Shown here piece by piece: positions 1 through 8,789 of a DNA stretch of 50,303 nucleotides. Each line of letters opens with the position of its first letter. The first letter of the stretch is position 1. A program made the translations under genes and the position numbers. The stretch covers positions 124,001-174,303 of the forward strand of contig NW_024704840.1 of NCBI RefSeq assembly GCF_018977255.1. The letters are read 5' to 3'. The notes beneath the pieces are model-generated. The model had not been told where the DNA came from. It worked only from the letters and a program-made list of their open reading frames with translations, and ran no database searches. The DNA comes from Callorhinchus milii (Eukaryota).

Positions 1-780
1 TGGCGAGCAGTGGTGGGGATGATCAAGCGGGGAGCACACCCCGTTGTGGCGTAACACAGAGGGAATGTGAGCCTTGGGTTTCTAAAGAGGGAATTTAGTC
101 ATAGTGGGGTTGAGCACAGGGGGTGGTAAGAGCGCGGAGGTTAAGAGCACAAGGGGAGGATTAAGTACAAGCTTTGGGGAGGTGAGCGCAGGCGGAGTGC
201 ATAGGGGATGAAGTCAAGTCGAATGGTGAATAAACCGGAGGTAATCAAAGGGCAGAGTGGACCACAGGAGAGGTAAATGAGGGAGAGGTCATATGGGTTG
301 TAAACACATGGTGGGAAGCACAGGAGGATAAGCACAAGGGGGAGTAGCACAGGGTCGAAAGCACAGGAGGTCACAAGGCGGTGAGAAGCAGGGTTGAGCA
401 GACGGGGTGTGAGCTCAATAGGGGTTCAGCAAAAGACGTGTGTGCATAGAGTGGGAGTGATCACCTGCAGGGTCAGAACCGGTGGGTGTGTGCACAGGGG
501 GCTGAACACAAGAAGTCTGAGCACAGGATGTGTAAGAACAGGGAAGTGTGAGAACATGGCAGGGTGAACAGCAAGAGAGATGCTGAAGAAAAGTGGTACA
601 GGCGATGAGTAGAAAGTGAGGAGAGTACAGTGGGGCAGAGCACAGGGGGTGAGCACAGAAGTATACGGAGAGCACCGGGGGGCGAGATGCATTGGGAGTG
701 ATCACAGCTGCTTTGAGAAAGATACGATTTGAGAAAGGTGCTGAACCAGCGCCACAAATCCTCTGCTGAACGTGTGTGAC
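1..780. repeat. Purine-rich degenerate tandem/low-complexity repeat (GAGCACAGG-like units)
   Basis: Recurrent gagcacag/gaacacag motifs about every 20 bp in a G/A-rich strand; overlapping ORFs are low-complexity and have no recognisable domain. Confidence 0.6.
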
Positions 781-895
781 ACCTCTTCTGCTAACCCAGA
801 GTCACACGTCCGCAGTTTGTTATGGTACAGATTGTGTTAATTGTATACAGGTTTGAAGCTGTGGCTGTGGAAAGTTTATTGTATGTACTTGGCAG

Positions 896-1147
896 GAGGT
901 AAGCCCCCCAGACTGGTGAACGGAGAGAGCCGGTGTGCAGGGAGAGTAGAGCTGTACAGCAATGACACTTGGGGGAGAATTTGTGGAGACACCCTGAGCA
1001 TGAAGATTGCCGGAGATATTTGCAATTATTTGCGATGTGGATTTGCTGTAACAGCCTCAAGTGACGCTCGCTTTGGAGAAGGATCGGGGCCTGTGTTTGG
1101 TCGGCCTGACTGCGCACACGGACTGGACGGTGGCATAATCTGTTCAG
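896..1147 (+). CDS. SRCR (group B-like) domain exon, internally shortened
   Basis: Acceptor ttggcag|ga. Translation KPPRLVNGESRCAGRVELYSNDTWGRICGDTLSMKIAGDICNYLRCGFAVTASSDARFGEGSGPVFGRPDCAHGLDGGIICS shows RLVxG, CxGRVE, WGxxC, FGEGSGP and GxxCS motifs. The 3' end is uncertain. Confidence 0.8.
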
Positions 1148-4100
1148 TTATAGACCACAACTACAACAAAGTGCCATTGATATGGGTGGGGTGGGGGGAG
1201 TAGGCCCAATGAAATTTTAATTTGGGGATTGTTGGCAAAGTCAACAGGAAAATAATCCCTTCCGTTATTGAATGTCGTCATGAGATTTGTTACCACTACC
1301 TGAACACGCAGTCAAGGCTACACGCAACTCCAGCTCACACTGACCCCGAGCTCACACTGACCCCGAGCTCACACTGACCCCGAGCTCACACTGACCCCGA
1401 GCTCACACTGACCCCGAGCCCACACTGACCCCGAGCTCACACTGACCCCGAGCCCACACTGACCCCGAGCTCACACTGACCCCCCGAGCTCACAGTGACC
1501 CCGAGCTCACAGTGACCCCCCCCGACCACAGTGACCCCGAGCTCACAGTGACCCCGAGCTCACAGTGACCCCGAGCTCACAGTGACCCCGAGCTCACAGT
1601 GACCCCGAGCTCACAGTGACCCCGAGCTCACAGTGACCCCGAGCTCACAGTGACCCCGAGCTCACAGTGACCCCGAGCTCACAGTGACCCCGAGCTCACA
1701 GTGACCCCGAGCTCACAGTGACCCCGAGCTCACAGTGACCCCGAGCTCACAGTGACCCCGAGCTCACAGTGACCCCGAGCTCACAGTGACCCCGAGCTCG
1801 CAGTGACCCCGAGCTCGCAGTGACCCCGAGCTCGCAGTGACCCCGAGCTCGCAGTGACCCCGAGCTCACAGTGACCCCGAGCTCACAGTGACCCCGAGCT
1901 CACAGTGACCCCGAGCTCACAGTGACCCCGAGCTCACAGTGACACCGAGCTCACACTGACCCCGAGCTCACACTGACCCCGAGCTCACATTGACGCCGAG
2001 CTCACAACTGACCATGAGTTCAGATTGATTTGAGCTCAAACTCAGCCCGAGGTCACATTATACCGACCCCCAGCTCACATTGAGCTCGAGCTCACACTGA
2101 CGCCCAGCTTATACAGAATCGAGTTCACAATGACCCCCAACTGACTCTGACCCTCGAGCTCACGACGAACCCGAGCTTAAACTGTCCCCGAAATCACACT
2201 GACCCTGAGCTCAATTGACCTCGAGCTCAAACGGAGCCCGAGCACACGCTACACTGACCCCCATCTTGCACTGACGTTCCAGCTTACACTACTACCCAGC
2301 TCACACTGAGCCTCGAGCTCTCACTGATCCCGAGTTCACACTGAGCCACACCCAGCACTGAGACCGAACTCACAATAACAAAAGCTCACACGGAGAACGA
2401 GCTCACACAGACCCCAAGCACATATTGATATCGGAGCTCACATTGACCACGAATTGCTGCTGACTCCGAGCTCACACTGAGCCCCCGAACTCACACTGAC
2501 TCCCAACTCACACAGACACGTAGCTCAGAGAAAGGCTGCACCCAAATTCAAAATGCGGTTCTTCTGTCAGTTTACAGCTAACTCTGACTTCGCATTAACC
2601 CCGATCTCACACTGACCCTCAGCTCACATAGACACTGACTCTGAGCTAACACTGATTCTGAGCTAACACTGACTCCGAGATAACACTGACTCCGAGCTCA
2701 CAGAAAGTCTCACCCAAACATCAAAAAAATGCTTCAATACGGAGGAATTGCAGCGTCAAACCAAGACACGTAGTTGGAACAACCCACATTTCTGTCTCGT
2801 ATTAAACCTCAGACAGAAACAGTCTCACAGAGTGAGGCTGGGCTTATTTTCGACAATGATGTTCACTGTCACAGAACAGATCAGAGTGAGTGTTTGTGAG
2901 ATTATCTTTACTGTGTTTTGATTTCAGATCCACTTCAGAAAGCCATCATTTCCCTGAAGCCAGATTCCCGGGTGTTTGTGAGAGGGGAAAGCGCTCAGAT
3001 CTCATGTTCTGGGAATTATCCTGACAGCAAATTCTCTTTATACATAAACGGCAAGTTTTTAACATCACGGACAACTCCGGAAAACATCCAAACGGCAAAT
3101 TTCACCCTATCGGATTTCAGTGCAGGAAATTACACGTGTAAATACACTACACATATAGACGGACGAGAGTTCACATCCCCAGCGAGCGAACGAGTGGGAA
3201 TCTCTTTGTGGGGTAAGATCTGAGTAAGATTTCACGGAATAACCTGTTTGTGTTTCTCTCACGAATCTGTTAAATGGCCGTTCGCTGCCGTTGGTTTATG
3301 GTAGAGTTAGTCACAGATCCACCCTCCAACTACAACTGCCACCCACACCGCTCAACACCCATGCTCACCCTTGTACCAACCACTCAAAGATAAAAGTCTC
3401 CTTCCATTCCTCACTTTCCTCCTTATTCCATTTTACACATTCTATTCCCCAACCCTTCATTACTTCTATTACTCATCCTCACGCACATTCTATTCCTCCC
3501 ATCCACGCATTCTATTTTTCCTACACACTGACTCTCACGCACAGTCTCCCTCCCTCCCACACCTTTTACTCTCCTCTCCCTCCTGTGGAAGTCTTGCTAC
3601 CTCATGGATGTATCTATACTGTCTGATTCCAATCCCGCTTCAGTCAATGATTCCCACCATCTTACTCCACTGTATGTGAAGTCGTTGCACCTAAATTTTC
3701 TGTTTGTTCCCCTGGATGTGATCGTATCCTGTTATTTAAATGCATCTGAAGGTCAGTTGAGAGTTTCTGTCTGCATTCCCGGTCACACGACCCTGGCTAT
3801 AGCTTTGTGTTACATCAGGCCACGGCCTCACTGCCCTCCACGGCCACCCCAGTGCCAGCCGTTGACCCCTCCCGAGGTTTAAAGAAACATATGCTCGGTC
3901 CTGTCCTGTAACTTTCGCTTAACCCTTGCCTCTCCCAGTCTTCATGATGCTTCCTTCAGGCTGAGAAATAAGCAAGTAGACAGTTTTCCTCTGAACCGAA
4001 CAGTTTTCATGTCACGGAGCGAGTGTTTTTGAGATGATCTTTAGTTTAATTCCAGAACCGCTCCAGAAACCCACCATTTCCCTGAAGCCAGATTCCCGGG

Positions 4101-7100
4101 TGTTTGTGAGAGGGGAAAGTGTTGAGATCTCATGTTCTGGAAATTATCCAGGCAGTAATTTCTCCTTATACAGAGAAAGGAAGTTGATCTCATCACAGTC
4201 GGCTCCAGAGAATAACAACACGGCAACATTCGCCCCATCGCAAATCAGTGCAGGAAATCATTCGTGTAAATATGCTAAACAGACAGTCGCACGCGAGCTC
4301 ACATCACCAGAAAGCGAACGAGTGGGAATCTTTTTGTGGAGTAAGAGCGAGATCTTGAACTCTCTCATCAATTGGTATTCACTGTCCCCTTGTATCCAAT
4401 CACTGCGATCAGAGCGAGCATTCTCACTTTACTCTATATAATTATAGACCTATACAGCACAGAAGGAGGCCATTCGGCCTCTCGACCCTATGCCGACTCT
4501 TCGAAAACAGCTAGCCGATTCAATCCAACGCCCCTGTTCGCTCCGTACCCTCTGTCCCACAACCTGATACCCTCTTACACCTTGATATCATCCCACATCC
4601 CCATTGCCGACCACAAACTCTGTTACTTCCACAACGTCTGTTCCTAACGTCCACCCCTTGGTACCCTCCAATAGCTTCTATTCGCCTCTCCCTCAATCCA
4701 TCCCACACCACCTCTCCCTTCAAAATCCACTATTCCCTTGCCACTCATGTGAAGGTCTCTCTACATCTTGAACGTATCTAGACTATCTGATTCAATCCTA
4801 CCTTGAGGCTATGGGCTCCAAAATCTCAATTCCCTCATTGAGAAGTCGATGCTCCTGAATTCTCTGTTTCATCTTTTGGTTCTGATTTTATTCTGTTGTT
4901 TAAAGTACGCCTGAAGATCACACGAGCAGTTCACATTAAATTCCCATTCTAGCTTCCTAAGCTGGAGCTCGTTGTTGTACAGTCGCTGGCCCCATTGCGT
5001 TCCCTCTCCTCCGCTCTCAGCCGTTGCTCCGCTCCCTCTGTGAAGAGAAACACTTGCTGTAATCTGTTCCGAACCTGCCCCTCAAAACTTTCCGCTCGTA
5101 ATTACGCCTCCTCCAGGCTGGGAAACAAGGAAATGCTCACCTTTACTCTGAACGGAGCAGTGTCTCTTTCACAGAGCGATTATTTGTGAGATAATCGTTA
5201 CTGTGTTTTAATTACAGATCCGCTCCCGAAACCCACTATTTCCCTGAAGCCAGATTTCCGGGTGTTTGCGGGAGGGGAAATCGCAATGATCTCATGTTCT
5301 GGCAAATATCCTGGCAGCAATTTCTCTCTGTACAGAGACGGCGAGTTTATCTCATCACAACCAGCTCCAGAAAATAACCAATCGACCACATTCACCCAAT
5401 CGGACATCAGTGCAGGAAATTACTGGTGTAAATATACTGCACACATAGAGGGACGAGAGATCACATCACCAGAGAGCGATCGATTGGCAATATCTGTGCG
5501 GGGTAAGAGCGAGAGCCTGCACCCTCGCCAACCAATGGTACCTTACTGCCCCCTAGTGTCTATTCACCGCGATCACAGCATACCTCCGCCCCAACCTCCC
5601 ACTCCTTTATAGAAACACAGAATTATTAGCATGGCAGGAGGACATTCAGTGGAATATACTTGTGTTGTTTCTTTGAAAAGAGCTATCCGATTCAATCCCA
5701 CTCTTCCGCTTGTCTACTCTCTCTCCCTCTCTTTCTCTCCGGAAACTTTGCCTTCCCAAATAATTAGCTTCTTTCCCTATCTTTGTGACACGAGTCAGTC
5801 CCCATTCCTCCCTTCCTACTTCCCGCTGATTGCCTCGTTGCCTCCCACAGACAGCCTGCCTCAATCTCTCTCCTTCACAGAAGCTTTCGACCCTCCGTCA
5901 CATATACTAATACCCTCACATACCATGATACACTCCCACACACTTATTGCGTCACACACACTCTGTTACTCCCACACTAATTATTTCTCCATCCCATCCA
6001 CTAAACAACGCCCAAATATTCTAATCCCCTCTTCGTCATTCCATCCTACAGTCCAACGCAATTGAAAAGTCTTAGTCCACTCTCGCTCATGTGAAGTTCT
6101 CAATGAATCTAGAATATCTGATTCAATCCTAGCTTCAGGCAGCGATTTCCACCATCACATTTCCCACTGGTGAATCTCTTGCTGCTTAAATCTTTTTTAT
6201 ATTGCCCGATTGTGATCTGTCACCCTCTTCCCCTCTCCCACCTTTTCAGCGCCAATCTCCCATCCCCTCCTCTCTCCCTACACCACCATTCGCCAGTCCC
6301 ACTCTATCCCGACTCTCCACGTCTCTACCCCACCTCCGTCTACGTTTCCCCCACTTGCTAAGCTCGAGACCCTCTTGTATCATATACAGTGTTGATGCTT
6401 GTATTTCGGTGAGTGCCAAAAGCCAGCATTTAAGTTGAGGTAAATGCTAATGTTTTTCTTGCTAAATGCATAAAACATGTCATTGAGATGGAGCGATGGG
6501 CGTCCATCGCTCCCGCTGGTTTTCATCTCGGACAGGAGATGAGAAGAATTACTCTCTGCCCGTATTGATTTGTCTGCCCTTCCAGGTCCTGGCCATGGCC
6601 CAGCCTGGGCTTTTATGCCAATAGCAGTGAGTGCAACTTGATAGTCGGAAACGCCTGGCTCAGGAACGGGACTCGGGTCCAATCAGTAGTTATTCGATTC
6701 TGATATTCCAAGTCCATCTTTCCCTCTCACCCACCCCACCTCCCCCCCACACCATAAACCACCACTGCACGACTCACCCCTATTTGTTATTATAATCAGG
6801 ATTTGCATTCCATTGAGTTGTTCATGTAACAGTGAGGGTTGATGAAGGAAATTTAGTTGTTCTTGTGTACGTAGACTTTCAAAATGCGTTAGTTAAGGTG
6901 CCAAAACAGTCTGATTGGCAGCATTGAAGGCCATAGGTTTAAGGGAAGTGTATGGAAACATGGATCTAACATTGGCTGGAAGCAGACCGCAGTGGGTAAT
7001 AGTGAACTGTTTTCAGGCTGGAAGAAAGTATACAGTTGTGTCCCCCAGGATACGTTACTAGTGTTAATGTTTTTTGAATATATTAACGATCTATACTTGG

Positions 7101-8789
7101 CTATATATGCAAAATTTTAATGTTCGCAGATGGCACAGAATTTGGAAGTGTTGCAAAAATGAAGGAGGATGGCAGCAGACTGCAGGAGAATACCGACGGA
7201 ATGGTGAAATGGGCAGACACATGGAAGTAGCTAATGCAGAGCAGTGGGAAGCGATAGATTTTCAGAAGAGGAATGAGGAGATGCAATAAACAATAAATGT
7301 GGCAGTTCTCAAGGGGGTGCAGATGCACAGAGACCTGGGTGCACATAAGCAATTCATTGTAGGTGCCGGAACAGGTTGGCGAAGCATCTAAAAACAAGCA
7401 TACATTATACTTGGGTTGATAAATTTAAAATGCAAGAGTAAGTAGCTTCTGTCAACCTCTGGTAACAGTTAGTGAGATGTCAGCTGGGTTAATGTTTCCA
7501 ATTGTTATCACCACACATTATGAAGAATGCTAGAGACTTGTCGCCTTGTGGAGGGTACTGAGGACATTGATCAGGATGAAGGACGTAATTACGTTGAGAG
7601 ACTGGAAAAGCTGTTCTTCTTAGAGAAGTGATTTAGAATGATGTACAGAAAAAGCGGTAGAGGCATGAGGAGGATTGTTTTGATCCAGGGAGTTGGTTGG
7701 AATGCACTGCCTAAAGTGTGGTGGAAACAGATTCGACAACAGCTTTCAAAGCAGCACTAGATATGTACTTAAAAAAGAAAAATAATGCAGGTCTACGATG
7801 TAAGATCGTGTCATTGGGACGGTTTGGTTGCTCTTCAAAAACTCTTCGCCGTACGCGCGAAGTGCGAAATGACCCCCTTCTGTTTTGCAACATTATATTC
7901 TCTATGATTCCACATAAGAGGTTGTGGTACTTGTTCCCCGTATCCGCTGAGTTCCTTCCTCTAATCCTTCTTCTTAACCACCCTTTGTCTGTCCATAATC
8001 TCATTTGTTGTTTTACCTCTTTAGCTGCTCCTATGTTCACATTTCCCACCTGCTCTCCCGTGGTTGGCAAACAAAGGTTCTCTGTGCAGCGCTACCAGGC
8101 GCTATCCTCTGTGAAGGGACCGATATAAATGTTGGATGCTGTTGTTGTAATCGTCCTTTTGATTTGTTAATCAGGAGATAACTTTGCAAGCTGCTTTGCA
8201 TTCCAGCCAGAGCCAAACATCCATAATAATAATAATAATAATAATCCTTGCATTTGATATAGCGCTTTTCGTGTCAGGAGGATATCCCAAAGCGCTTCAC
8301 AGAACACACTGTAAAATGAATTGTATATTTGTGGGCGAACGCAGCAGCCAATTGCGCACAGCAATGTCCCACAAACAGTCGTAGATTGAAAATGAACAAT
8401 TTGTTATTGTTTTTGGTTTTTGGAGGGATTAGCACAGGTTGAACTATAGTAATATCCAGCAGAGGTGATGGATGTTGTGTCTGTGCTTCTCTATAAAATT
8501 GCAATCATTTCAGTCGTGTTTACTCCACAAGGGATGCACATCCCCGCTATATAGATATCCGGCTGACCAATGATACATCGGCCACTCGAATAATCATGAT
8601 TCAGTCACTGACCAGTGTTGTATCTGTGTCTTTTTCACAGGTTACTTGACTACTCAGAGAATTGCGAACGTCGTCCGCCTCATCCTGGTTCTCGCGTTGT
8701 TTCCGGTAATTATTGTCGAGCTCGTGGTTCAACATCGACGAATAAAAAAGGATAACAGTCAAGAAAGGGTCAGTGAAGACACGACCTGA
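896..8789 (+). CDS. Multi-exon type I membrane receptor: shortened SRCR + 3 LRC-type C2 Ig domains + Arg-containing TM + short tail; signal-peptide exon not found
   Basis: Exons 896-~1147, 2928-3212, 4056-4340, 5218-5502, 8641-8789. All acceptors are AG and phase 1; all Ig donors are GTAAGA in phase 1. Ig1-Ig2-Ig3-TM splice in frame to TGA at 8787-8789. The SRCR-to-Ig1 junction is inferred because its donor is not canonical. Confidence 0.75.
1336..2710. repeat. 17-bp minisatellite (CACAGTGACCCCGAGCT / CACACTG variant); near-perfect 1336-1990, degenerate to ~2710
   Basis: Direct tandem copies with 17-bp period; blocks of CACACTG, CACAGTG and CGCAGTG variants. Confidence 0.95.
2928..3212 (+). 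CDS. LRC-type C2 Ig domain exon 1
   Basis: tttcag|at ... tgg g|gtaaga, 285 nt. DPLQKAIISLKPDSRVFVRGESAQISC-SGNYPDSKFSLYING...ANFTL...AGNYTCKY...SPASERVGISLW, with FxLY in place of the C-strand Trp as in LILR/OSCAR/VSTM1-type domains. Confidence 0.9.
4056..4340 (+). CDS. LRC-type C2 Ig domain exon 2
   Basis: tccag|aa ... tgg a|gtaaga, 285 nt. PLQKPTISLKPDSRVFVRGESVEISC...FSLYRE...ATF...AGNHSCKY...SPESERVGIFLW. Confidence 0.9.
5218..5502 (+). CDS. LRC-type C2 Ig domain exon 3
   Basis: ttacag|at ... cgg g|gtaaga, 285 nt. DPLPKPTISLKPDFRVFAGGEIAMISC...FSLYRDG...AGNYWCKY...SPESDRLAISVR. Confidence 0.9.
6830..7780 (+). mobile_element. Degenerate CR1 LINE reverse-transcriptase fragment
   Basis: Frame-broken remnants of VY.DFQ.A..KVP, VPQG, YINDL, FAD.T..G, LQ..D....WA..W, LERLEKL and VG.WNALP..VVE motifs. 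Confidence 0.8.
8223..8431 (-). mobile_element. DeuSINE-like SINE, 5'-truncated (young type)
   Basis: Reverse complement of the tail ctgtttgtgggacattgctgtgcgcaattggctgc...gaagcgctttggga...aaagcgctatatcaaatgcaagga(tta)n. Confidence 0.85.
8641..8789 (+). CDS. Transmembrane + short cytoplasmic exon of the Ig receptor
   Basis: Strong acceptor gtgtctttttcacag|gt (phase 1). GYLTTQRIANVVRLILVLALFPVIIVELVVQHRRIKKDNSQERVSEDTT*: hydrophobic span with Arg near its N-end, Glu near its C-end, then a basic stop-transfer RRIKK. Confidence 0.8.

Larger units (their letters stand above)
3640..6200 (-). mobile_element. Several CR1-type LINE 3' fragments in the Ig-exon introns (about 3640-3960, 4430-5140, 6060-6200)
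   Basis: Reverse complement of ~5040-5095 (gaggggcaggttcggaacagattacagcaagtgtttctcttcac) resembles the CR1 ORF2 C-terminal RGGRFRT..RK.FF.QR region; similar remnants follow each Ig exon. Confidence 0.55.

Noticed and set aside
1336-1990. CRISPR-like array
   Set aside because: Contiguous 17-bp tandem units without unique spacers, in vertebrate DNA.
7718-8128. 136-aa ORF as a terminal exon of the receptor
   Set aside because: Its 5' part is CR1 sequence; the putative exon after ttag at ~8024 has no TM and no phase-compatible donor.
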